This document shows positions 53,131 to 64,000 of a stretch of 64,000 bases of DNA, in pieces (within the stretch, counting starts at the first letter, position 1; every line of letters starts with the position of its first letter). The notes beneath the pieces were generated by a model. The model was not told where the DNA came from. It searched no databases and saw only the letters and a program-made list of their open reading frames with translations. The position numbers and the translations under genes are program-made. Origin of the DNA: Phyllobates terribilis (Eukaryota); assembly GCF_046119375.1 (NCBI RefSeq), contig NW_027362768.1, positions 363,010,001-363,074,000 on the forward strand, read 5' to 3'.

Positions 53131-56100
53131 ATGGAGACTTGTGAGCAGGAAGCGTCTGACGGAGGCCAGGAAGGCGCGGAGGTGAACGCTCAGTATTTAC
53201 AGCAGCTCAAGGACCTGGCGATTCCTGAAGACGAGGCCAAGAAGGTAAAAGGAGAGAGGAGATGTAAGGTGGAGCCATAGGGGAGCAGAAAGGCCTGGCA
53301 GCGCTGTAATGGGGGCACCGTGGGGCTTTACTGCGCATTATTTACTTGTCCATATCCACACTGCCTTCCATCCAGTGCCGGATTATAGACATGTTCCTCC
53401 TCTTAGACTCTTTTGCTGGAGGCCCGCTGCAGGTGAAGTAGAGTTTCAGGGGCCGGATACCGGCCATAAATCTCCTGACCCCAAACAGCATTCTGAGGGG
53501 CATTTCTGAGGGTGTTGAGTTCAGGTCCGGAGACGCTCCGGTGCCCCAGAAATCCCAGACATGTGAACGCTGCCTTACTTTGCACGTGCCAGATACTGCT
53601 GGGAAACCAGGAGGGTGTGACTCCTCGAGTCCAGGACCCGCCCACATGACTGTTCACAGGTAGTGCGCACGGTGCTGTGTGACGCATCGTCAGCGGTTCG
53701 GGGCTTCGTGTGTGATGACCGCTTCCATTTAGTTTTTTTATTTTCATTATCACATCCTTAAATATTATATTCAGTGGGTATGTAGCCACTGAGGACAGCA
53801 TGGACGCCATTAAAGGTCCCCGTCGTGGATCCGCTTTCCTGGGTACGGACAGAGTCGGCGTATCACTGGGTACATTTACATTTTAGGGCCCGAGCAGCCA
53901 TATTGGAAGTCGCTCAGCTTTGCAGTAGGACCGCGATCATGTTTTTTTTCCCCTCGATTCTTACAGGCGCTTATTCTGACTGGGAACGTATCGGCCGAAG
54001 AAGCTGCAATATTTTACTTCGACAGCTTAGAAAACCAGAATCCAGTAAGTGGCCTCTGAATAATGAGTTAAAGTGATTTTCCACAGCTTTAACTTTCATA
54101 GCCGTGTGATTGATGTGGGAGCATGATGTCCGAGCCGCGCCGATCATCAGAATGAAGGGGCTGCAGGACTGGAAACAGCGGCACTTATGTCTCACGAGTA
54201 AGACTCATCTGCAGTACCAGATGCAACCACACATGGCGCCGTGTCTGTGAGCTGACATAAAACCTTTAATAGTCGATGTCACCAGGGTCGGACTGGGGCA
54301 CCGGGACACCGGAGAATTCTCCGGTGGGCCCGGGTCCTCAGCTGGCCCCTGAGCAGGACACATGGGGCCCCTGGTTAACATGGCTGCCGGTGCTCCACAC
54401 TGCAGGAGGGCCCTTGCAGTGCGGCTGATGAGGGCAATCTGAATCTAGCCTGCTTCTCGGACCCCCAGGCTCCGGGGGGCCCATGGCCAGATTGCCCTCA
54501 TATTGTGTGATGGGCAGGGAGCGATCCCTCCGCTGCCGACAGGAGGAAAATGGCAGCGGAGCTGGAGGAATCCGGTGTCCTCACCTCTGCTTCCTGCCTG
54601 CCGCTTCCTCCCCGACACAGGCGCGCGCTGCTCGATGACGTCACCATGCAGCGCGAACCTGTGTTAGGGAGAAAGATGCCAGGCAAGAAGCGGAGGACGA
54701 TTCTTTGGGGGAACGTGTTGAGAGTAAGTGTTTTTTAGATAATTTTTTTTTTTTTTTTTTTTTTTTTACCGACTGAAGATGGGGAGAAATGGGGGGAGAT
54801 GAGGGAGAGCAATGGTGATGGTGGGGGGAGATATGACATGGCACTGGTGACGGAGGAGGTGGGGGAGATATGGCAATGATGACGAATTATTTGGACTCTA
54901 TATGCTGTTAATATCTGGTCTGGTCACGGTGTGGTGGTATTTCTCCCTTGTATGTGGTACTATTGGTGTTGGTATAGTGGATTGTGCTGTGTATGGCGGT
55001 CATTTGTTCTCTCTGATATTAATTAGAAGATTCTTTATTTCCATTAGTGATTAATACTTGGAACAAGATGCACTTACAGGGGTTCTCTGGGGAAAACAAG
55101 TAATCACCTCTCCACAGGATAAGTGATAAATTATTGATTAGTGGGGGTCTGACTGCTGGGACCCGCACTGATTGGTAGAATGTGGAGCTTTTCTCCCCAT
55201 TAGACTGGAGCTCATGTGCGACTTGACCACTGATCCATTCATTCCCTCACTGGCTGTTCTTGTTTTTTTCTGGAAGCCCCAAAGAGAATGAATAGAGCTG
55301 TGATCAGACGTCCCACCTGCCGCTGCTTTTAAAATGGGGATAAGTGTCCTGCCAGGGATAAAACTTCCCCATTCTTCCGATAAATGCGTTTTCCAATGTT
55401 CGGTCCCAAACGATCAATAAGTGATCACCGATCCTGTGGATTCCATGGATCGGTGATAACTCGTTTTAACCAAAGAACCGCTTTAATGCAAACTACCGTA
55501 ATTCTACATCCCAGTTATGGTGGTGCACAGTATATGTGCAGGAGCCGCCTGTGATTTACAGCCGACGCTCCACTATAACGGGGATATCGGCTAACAGTTA
55601 TTTGCATATAGATGTAGGGTGGGCCCCGAGGATCAATTCCTCCTGTGGGCCCCAGACACCCCAGTCAGACACTGGATGTCACTGAATGTGCAGCGCTCCA
55701 TTTATTTCCAATATTTATAATTGGGCTCTGATTGTTGTTTAGGACACGGATGACGACGACACTTACTTCAAGATGGTGTTTGTGGTGAACACGGATCTGT
55801 CTATGGGAGTAGGGAAGGTAAGAACTCATTACCCCGACAGAGACACTACTATAATATTCCTTAAAGGTATATTCCCATCTGGTGCATTTATGCCATAGAT
55901 GTGTAGTAGATGAGGATCCCAGCTGTGACGTCAGATAAATGAGAATTCTGACACGCTGCCCGGGCACCATTGGTGGGACTATACAATTATAGCATACCCC
56001 GTGGATATGCTAGTTGTACAAAATGGGAAATACCTCTTTAAATCAGATTGCAAATCCTACGATCTGTGCACACAAAGCTCTTTTGGCACATTCCCTTTAT

Positions 56101-58389
56101 GGAGGCTTTTTTGGTCCTTATAAGACCCTCACACTCATGTATTGTATGCAGCGATGTAGATTTATCCCTGGCCCAGGTGTATGTCCATACAACCTTCATG
56201 GATACATCTACAGCCTTGCCGGGTGCAGCGATGCCTGAGCGGCGGCTCCCCCTCGCTCTGCCGGCAGAGTATGTGACGTGTATAGAGCATTTGTTAGATC
56301 GGCCATTAATCCGTCCCGCTCTCCTCAGATTGCCGCACAGGTGGGACACGGTGCCGTCGGCTTATATCAGCTCATGTTAAAGGACTCCAAGACCAAGGAG
56401 ATGGTGGAGAAATGGGAAGAATACGGGTAAGTCTGGACGGGATTCATGTTCTCGTGGCTCAAGAGGGATGTAGTTATAGAGGTAGGAATCCTTTCCGTAT
56501 GATTTTGGAGCTTTCATTTTGTTTTGTTTTTTCCTACCCTTCCTCCAAGAGTCATGATCTTTTTTTTTTTTTTTTTTTTACCCATCTACATAGCTTTTTG
56601 CAGTACGAGTTTTGAGTTTATATAGGAAAATTATGTCCTGAAAAAATAGCAACAAAAATTCTAAATGCAAGTGAATTCTTGGAGGGGGTAAAAAAAAAAA
56701 ACAACCCGCAATTCCACCATTAGTTTTTTGGGGTTTTGTTTTTATAGCATTGAGTTCCTGGTCAGCACGATTAGTGATGATAAAAAAATAAATCAGAAGT
56801 TAATTGGGGTTTGTGTCGTAATTTTCAGACTTTTTATTTTCCTGACTATGGAGCATGTGAGGACTTGTTCTTTGTGCAGTGAGCTGACACTTTTATCAAT
56901 GTAGAGTTAGGCTATGTGCCCACGATGCAGAAATGCTCCGGATTTTTCCTGAGCGTTTCTGAATCTCCCTGGCAGAAAAAAAACGCATGCGGATTGTACA
57001 TGCGGATTGTACATGCGGATTGTACATGTGTTTTTCCTGCCAGGGACATGCGGATGTGAAGCGTTCTTCACATGCATTTCCGCATGCGGGTTGACAAGCG
57101 CTTTCCAAGCGATTTTAGCTTCACTTGGAAAGTGCTTGACAACTTGGTCACACTATATAAATCCATGCAACCGGCATGGATTTATATAGTGTGACCGTAA
57201 AAGAATGGTAAAAAATACAAAATAAATATACTTACCTTCTGATGGCCCCCGGTCTCCCCGGCGGTCTAAAAGGACCTGCCATGACGTCATTTAGTCATGT
57301 GACGGGTCACGCGACCGTCGACGTCAGCGATCGCGTGACCCGTCACATGACTAAATGACATCATAGCAGGTCCTTTTAGACCATCGTGAGCTGCCAGCAA
57401 GCCAGGACGGATCGGATAAGGACACCAGGGGCCATCAGAAGGATGAGTATAATGAATATTTTTTTATTTCATTCTTTTTTTTTTTTTACATGTTCTATGG
57501 TACCTGGGTCCGGAGGAGAGTCTCCTCTTCTCCAAACCCGGGTACCTTCCGCACATTAAACCGCATGATATCCGCATGTGCACATGTAGTGATGCGGATG
57601 TCATGCGCTCCAATGCAAGTCAATGGCGGCAAAAATGACGCGATTCTGCAAAATAATTGGTAGTGCTGCGGATTTTTCCGCAGCGGAAATTTCCGCAGCA
57701 TGTGCACAGCACATGCAGATTATCATTGGGGGACATGGCAGACCTTCTACCAAGCGTTTTGTAAGCGTTTCTGCAGCCGAATTGCCGCTGCGGAAACACT
57801 TAAAAAACGCATAGTGGGCACACAGCCTTAATACAGGATGTAACTCAGGATCAGTAATGTATGTACACAGTGACTGCACCAGCAGAATTGTGAGTGCTGC
57901 TCTGGAGTATAATACAGGAGGTAACTCAGGATCAGTACAGGATCAGTAATGTATGTACATAGTGACTGCACCAGCAAAATAGTGAGTGCAGCTCTGGAGG
58001 ATAATACAGGATGTAACTCAGGATCAGTAATGTATCAATGGCTGCAGAGCTGTAAATCCTCCTTCCCTCTTTTTCTTTTGTTCCTTATTTTTGCTGTTTT
58101 TTCTCTGCAGAGCTAAGAAGGTGGTCCTCCAGGGCTCCAGCACTGCTCACCTTATGGAGTTACAAGCCTTGGCATTAAGCATGGACATCCCCTCGTACCT
58201 AGTGCAGGATGCCGGCAGGACCCAGGTATGACATTCAGCACCTTAGACTTCAGTAAGGCCTGGACTGTTAAGACATCTGACGTCCTGTTTTGTCTTCAGA
58301 TCGCAGTCGGGTCACGCACTGTCCTCGCCATCATGGGTGAAGAAGAAATGGTGAATAAAGTGACGGGAAAGCTGAAACTGCTGAACTGA
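53131..58389 (+). CDS. PTH2-family peptidyl-tRNA hydrolase with N-terminal UBA-like domain, 189 aa, 6 coding exons
   Basis: Exons 53131-53244, 53967-54044, 55743-55817, 56329-56426, 58111-58225 and 58300-58389 sum to 570 nt, all GT-AG, phases 0,0,0,2,0. PTH2 motifs: [26 protein letters not shown], W...GAKKVVL, LVQDAGRTQI, TVLAI..KLKLL. N-terminus LQQLKDLAIPEDEAKKALILTGNVSAEEAAIFY is UBA-like. Confidence 0.92.
54283..55674. mobile_element. Non-autonomous hAT element with a nested T2-type MITE (~55075-55490)
   Basis: Imperfect TIR CAGGGTCGGACTGGGG / CCCCAGTCAGACACTG and a perfect 8-bp TSD GATGTCAC (54275-54282 and 55675-55682). Confidence 0.85.
56910..57827. mobile_element. PIF/Harbinger-type MITE
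   Basis: TIR GGCTATGTGCCCAC / GTGGGCACACAGCC with TTA TSD (56907-56909 and 57828-57830) and a central 28-bp perfect inverted repeat. Confidence 0.85.
57831..58035. repeat. ~80-bp tandem repeat (same family as 14003-14304), about 2.5 copies, in PTH2 intron
   Basis: ATACAGGATGTAACTCAGGATCAGTAATGTATGTACACAGTGACTGCACCAGCAG units. Confidence 0.9.
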
Positions 58390-59213
58390 GGGGAGAGCAA
58401 GGCGAGCCGAAGGCATCTACCTGGAGAAGATGGAGGGACAGCTGATGAGACATCCCAGACGCGTCCTCCAGAGTGGGAGAAGAATACAGGACATGAGTGA
58501 ATCGTGCTCCAGAGCCATTGCCAATCAATGAGGAAAGAGACGCAGAGTCTTATTACATAATGCAAACTATGGTGGTGATAGAAGTAGGTACCTAGAGCCG
58601 CTGGCATCAGTCGGCGCCAGGATCCTGCCCCACCCGTGTACATTGTGCTGCCATCTTGTGATCTAGATCTCCATTCGCTGTATGACAACGACATCTCTTG
58701 CATGCAGAACCGCTGATCCCAAACCGTTTGCATCACTGAAATGGCTGATAACGGGGAACACTAGACTGGATTCAATCGCCCTGCTGCCACGCGTTCCCCC
58801 TGTGCTTCTGCCATAAAGGAACGTGGAGGCGAGCGGATTCCCCTTGATAGTGTCCTCAAGTGTCAGAGTGATCATCATTAGGGATCAGTGATAATTCGGG
58901 GGATGTGAAAGAGACATGTAGGTATTTTAGTTAGTTACATCTTAAAAGAACGCTTCGCTGGTAACATCTACAGCGCGGCCACTTCCATTATTAGGGATCT
59001 TTTTTTTTTTCTTGTATTGATAAAGTATTACAATATGATGCGAATAGATGTCACTGATATATTAAATATTACCATAGAATTATGGCGGAGGTGATCGTCC
59101 ATCGTCATCCGTCAGTGAATCCACGGCTCTGATTCATGACCACTGACTGGTGGAGATGATCGATAATCCTTGTGATGTCTGGACTACTGAGCGACTCTGA
59201 GACAGCTGCTTAC

Positions 59214-62200
59214 CAATGGTTAGTATCCTCAAAATGGTACAAACTGGGAACCAGCGTCAGGTTAGAGAGGGCTCGAGACTTAGAGATGCATGAGGGGGAG
59301 TGACAGCTAGCTAGCTGTGATAGAAAGGTGTCCGACCATCGCGGCATTAACGAAAGCGTCTACCACGGGTGGGTGCTCCTCAGATCTGGACCACTGAACG
59401 ATGGAAGATATTTTCTTTTCCGTTGGGAAGAAGACGAGCCGGCGGAGGCTGGTGATGGTGCGGAGCCCTGCTGGAAAACCTTGTGGATGAGACATGTCCC
59501 ACCTACCTCCACGGCAGCGGGATTCCCTAATGGCAGCGCCGCCCTGCAGGAACATCACAAAGAGAAAGTGATCTCTCCAAATTCCCAGATCTCGATCTGA
59601 TTGATCATCTGTGAGATGTGCTGGAAAACTAGTCCGATCCTTGGAGGCCGCACCGTACAGGACATGAAGGATCGGCTGCTGTTCAGAGATCGTGCGGGGT
59701 CCAGGCAGCAGTGGGACAGAGTTAAAAGGGTTTTCCAGTAACAAGCAGCTGGTCCTCTCCTTCCCTGGGCTCTGCATCTTTGCAGCTGACTGTGTATCAG
59801 ATGCAGCAGTGATGTCACATCAACAGCGCTGCAGGCGATCACTGATGTAGACAGCACGAGCTGTTTATATACTGCAGCGCTGCTGATGTGATGTCACTGC
59901 TGTACACAATCACCAGAGTTTGGTATTTTTTTTTTTTTTTTTTACCATAGCAAGTATAAAAAAAATTTTTTTACAAAAAAAAAAAAAAAATTTGTGGTAA
60001 AATGGAGACTTGCAGGGGGTCTAAATGTTTTGGCTGATTTACAGGGGTTTTTGCAGTCTATCAGGGCTCTTCCATGGAAACTTGGACTCTGTTGTCACTG
60101 AATCTTTTTTTTGGGCTGTTAAATAGGTCAGTTTTTCAAACAGAAGAGGCTTCGGGAAACGCTCATGTTCTCTGTAGTCTTTCGTCAGCATTTTTTGTTT
60201 TTATTTCAGCAGATTTTTACTTTTTTTAAATAACGAAGAAAACACTGTGGGGTAAGTATGATAATAGGGCTAGTAGGTGGGGATTTCTTGGCGTCCAGGG
60301 CACGCCAAGCTTAGCAGAAATCATTTAATAAAAATACGATTACAAAGAAACCAGACTGCTAATATGAGCCATACAGGTAAGTATACATTCACATTTCTAT
60401 CACTTGTATGCCCATATTAGCGGTGTGAAAAGTCTCAGGGGCTAACAGATTCCCTTTGAACAAAAGGAATTTTTTTGCAATTTCTTTTTTTTTTTTAGAG
60501 CAGAAAATGCCGCAGTGTGAACATATCCTTACATGTAAGACTCTTTGCAGCCACTAGGGGCATTTGTAGACTATATACAGGTGCATCTCATAAATTAACT
60601 TTTTGATGATATTCTAATTTTATTTCAGTTCTTCAATACAAAAAGTGAAACTCATATTATATAGAGTCATTACACACAGAGTGATCTATTTCAAGTGTTT
60701 ATTTCTGTTAATACTGAGGATTATGGCTTACAGCCAATGAAAAACAAGTCATAAATTAACTTTTTGATGATATTCTAATTTAGTGAGATGCACCTGTATA
60801 GCTGTCTATGGCTCCGGCTGCAGGGCTCTTTATACACAGCTTATATGCAGATGTAGCAGTGTTGATCCAAACTAAAGATAACGTTTATTAAAGTTATGAC
60901 CTAAAGATGAGCTCCTACCCTGGTGTTGGTGCCAGCGATGATGACACTTCTGAGGCACAGACGTTGGGTACTCACCTGCAGGAGTCCTGACATCTGCAGA
61001 TTGGGGAACACGTCCGACTGTAACACACTGGCTTTATTGTACGTGATCCTCATGTGGAATATCTTCATCCGTTCACTATGAGATCAATTGCAATTAAATT
61101 AAATTGTCCTTTTGAGTAAATAGACTTTTATCTCATTGGTCTGTCTGATTATTTCTGCAAATGGCTGCGAAAAGAAGACACTTCTTGAAAACATACCCAG
61201 CTGTACAAAGTACAGCAGGTCAAGAGGACCCATCACTCGCCTTAAATGTTTTTGTTTTTTTCACCTGGTATAAATGCCGCTGTTCTCCTGAATCCGGCAA
61301 TGTTTTTATTTTGTTCCTGCGCCTTTCTGTTCCTGAGATATGGCCCTATTTGCCCTGTACGCGAGTCTACTTTTGTTAGCCAAGTAGGTGTAGTCCTCAG
61401 TTCTTCAGTGGGCGGGTGCGTGGGGATCACACCCAGTTGTCCAAAGAGGCTAGCTTTATAGAGATGGCCATATCTCGGGAACGGAGAGGCGCACAAGTAA
61501 AAGAAAAACATCGCCGGATTCAGAAGAACAGCGGCATTTATACCAGGGGAAAATAATTACATACTTATGGGGAGTGACAGGTCATATCTTCTGCTTTGTG
61601 TGTGCTAGATTATCACTGCAGGCCCTTGATTTTGGGACTGGTTCCAAGAGATCAACATATCCTGGCCCTACGCCATCACTTTACAAGACGAGAATACCCC
61701 TTTTAAGTAAAAACGTGGCTGCAGATTACTGCCCCAACCAGGCCTCTTGCCTGAGAAGCCTGCACCTCTGGGTTCAGGCAGGGAATTTGGGGCTACTTTC
61801 TGCCCAGGAGTCATCTCCTGCCCCCCCTGGAGTCTGCAACAAGGAAGTTCAAGGACTGAAAGTCAGCGGAAACCCGACCGGTTACTGGTTTTTCCACTAC
61901 GTCACAATGTTACAGTCCCATCAACCTCAGCAAATCTGACATTGTCTTTGCCCTCACCTCCTGAATTTCCAGTGAAACTTTGCTTTATGTAATTGCAAAT
62001 GGCTTAAAACACAGAAGACCGGTTTCATATGGCAGCAACAGAACTGAATGCGAGGTCTCGAGACCCAGCTCCTCTGCAAAGGTGAAGCGATCCAACATGG
62101 AGGAAGATGAGATCCGTTCTGCGCAAAAGGTTTAAATGAAAAATTCTGTTTTCACCTCCCACACACATTTTACATCCACTAGGGTTTATTTCCTTATACA

Positions 62201-63174
62201 AAGGGCTTGAACATGATAAAATGTGACCCTGTTTTCTGCCTGTAATAACTTTGTGTAGCAAAGTACTTTGCAAAAATGTAATATGGACCTGAATAGGTCC
62301 AAAGGAAAAAGCCCAGGTGCTCTAAGCATATTGGCTAGAATTGGTTCCAGTACTGTCCAAAAACAGTTACAGCTAAACAAACCCATAGAAATAGCAGTAG
62401 TGAAGGGGAGGGGGGGTGGATAGGGAAGAGTATCTATAGTCTCGGGGAGGGCAGAGAAAACTGGCTATAGATAAGGAAGAAAGCACATGGTGAGGAAATA
62501 AGTGCAGGATAGAAGCTGTGCTGATTAGTGTTGAGTGCAAGTGCTTGCTACTCGAGCTTGCATCGGGTGTTCGAGTGACATGCTTGAGTCCCCGCCTCGC
62601 ATGTTTCACGGCTCTTAGCCAAAAACCCATTGTTTGGCAGGCAATCCCAGCATGTTTCTTTTTTAGGCTGTCTAACAGCCGCAAAACATGCGGGGCAGGG
62701 ACTCGAGCATCCGATGCAAACTCACTTGCGTGCAACACTAGTGCTGATATATGAGTTAATGTAGACAGCTGCACATACTGCCTATATTACTGGGAGAGAC
62801 AATCCCACAAGAGAAAAGTCTAAAACTGCATATCAGGGCGTCAGCAAATGAGAGATGGAAGATTACAGACAAAAACGTACCCACTGACATCTAAAATGCA
62901 TTTATTTTGTGTCAAATCTATCGGCGCCTTGTGTAGATATCGGTTCTTTTTCCTGGCTGTTGTGCACACGCTGACCACCAGAAGGCGCTCTCACCTTCAG
63001 CAGAGATTTGCTGAGGTTTTTTTTTTTTTGCCTTCTTCCTGATCTTCAGTGTTTCTGTCACAAGACTATGAGGTCATTGTGGAATTACAGGAGGAGGGTC
63101 ACTGGTAACGCACCTACCGCAGGCGAGAGCTTCATACATTCCTTCCAGAACACTTTTCTCTTGTAACTTCAGTC
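59214..63174 (-). CDS. Candidate coding exons of an unidentified minus-strand gene convergent with UBA-PTH2
   Basis: Stop-free segments with consensus splice sites: 63174-63118 (GLKLQEKSVLEGMYEALAC), a segment ending at donor GAG|GTGAGG 61958, 61075-60976 (ERMKIFHMRITYNKASVLQSDVFPNLQMSGLLQ|GTGAGT) and 59314-59214 (LASCHSPSC...EDTNH|GTAAGC). The last three are phase-compatible. The full chain is not resolved. Confidence 0.4.
59550..59720 (+). mobile_element. Old degenerate Tc1 transposase fragment
   Basis: CCAAATTCCCAGATCTCGATCTGATTGATCATCTGTGAGATGTGCTGG resembles the [16 protein letters not shown]-encoding segment. Confidence 0.6.
60578..60796. mobile_element. 219-bp non-autonomous Tc1/mariner MITE
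   Basis: TIR CAGGTGCATCTCA..AAATTA with TA TSD on both sides. Confidence 0.85.
61260..61550. mobile_element. Palindromic MITE remnant
   Basis: GGTATAAATGCCGCTGTTCT..TGAATCCGGC (~61267) pairs with GCCGGATTCA..AGAACAGCGGCATTTATACC (~61513-61544). Confidence 0.7.
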
Positions 63175-64000
63175 CTAATGTGAATGGACACAAACGCCAG
63201 CATAGGGAATGCAATCAACGCTGCATAAAAACACCAATGTTAGGAAAGGAAACCTACTAATAAAATATTCCCTTATCCCGTCGCTGCATTCCCCAACACC
63301 TGTGCGGACGGGAATGCTTCCACATGGATGTAATATGTATATTCCAGCTGTACCGATGCTGGAGGATGGATATTAAACAGCAACTGGATCATTAAAATCC
63401 TCTTTTAACTTGAAAGGTCTATATGAATGTACAAAGGCCACGTCCACAGCAGCACGCAGATTGCAGCACGCCTGCATTCCTTTCTATTTAAGGATGACTC
63501 TGCAGAACCTTTGGCTTACACAGCTGCGTGTAAAAGGGGGTCTTATATCAGCCACCGCTTCCTAAATAAGTTTGTGCCTCGTAAATAAATAAATGATGGA
63601 TAACCCCTTTAAGCAGTAGTGGTCAACCCGATATAATGAAGGGGCTTTAGGGCTTGTGCAGACGACCGTCTTATCGGTCCAAGTACAATCCAACAAAACA
63701 TAGGATCGCACTCAGACCAATGTTATTCTATGGGGAAGTACACATGTCCTTTATTTATAAATATTTATTTATTTATAAAAATGCTGCATTCCCCAGCTTG
63801 ATCCAATATTCATGCAAGTCAATGAGTCTGTGGAAACCATCAGACTTGCACTCGGATGACGTCTGAGTTCAGTCCGATTTCCGCACATTCATGGGATGGA
63901 GACATTTTTTTCTCCATCTTTTACTTATCCAAGACAATCTGGTCAAAGTCTCGTTTGCATAACTGACCCAGTTCTCTCGGATAAGAGAATCATCGGCTGT

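Noticed and set aside
53131-58389. Assigning the symbol PTRH2 (and SRPK3 for 32003-45006)
   Set aside because: Domain architecture, exon structure and divergence differ from the canonical genes, so orthology cannot be shown without a tree.

Overview
This is repeat-rich vertebrate genomic DNA, not prokaryotic. The Tc1, CR1, T2-type and Harbinger-type elements look anuran, which is an inference. Roughly half the window is tandem arrays and transposon remnants, so most long ORFs in the supplied track are artefacts. By hand-splicing exons I recover three intact + strand genes. (1) A small ankyrin-repeat/SOCS-box (ASB-type) gene: 4 coding exons, 12469-16219, 237 aa. (2) A divergent SRPK-family kinase: 11 coding exons, 32003-45006, 387 aa. 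It has almost no spacer domain, a U12-type AT-AC intron, a stop-free in-frame 72-nt intron inside the residual spacer, and substitutions at substrate-docking positions. (3) A UBA-like domain + PTH2 peptidyl-tRNA hydrolase gene: 6 coding exons, 53131-58389, 189 aa. Its probable first intron holds a 6.6-kb poly-C/G4-type satellite. Phase-compatible minus-strand exon candidates of unidentified genes lie at about 26-27 kb and 59-63 kb, with weaker ones at 3.4-5.0 kb. Mobile DNA includes five larger defective Tc1 copies from three families plus an old fragment, two CR1 LINE insertions (both nested in Tc1 transposase genes), a solo LTR with a 5-bp TSD, a hAT element with an 8-bp TSD, and several MITEs. 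I see no CRISPR array, rRNA or tRNA gene. The most promising items are the spacer-less SRPK and the UBA-PTH2 gene. Whether they are undescribed cannot be established without database searches.
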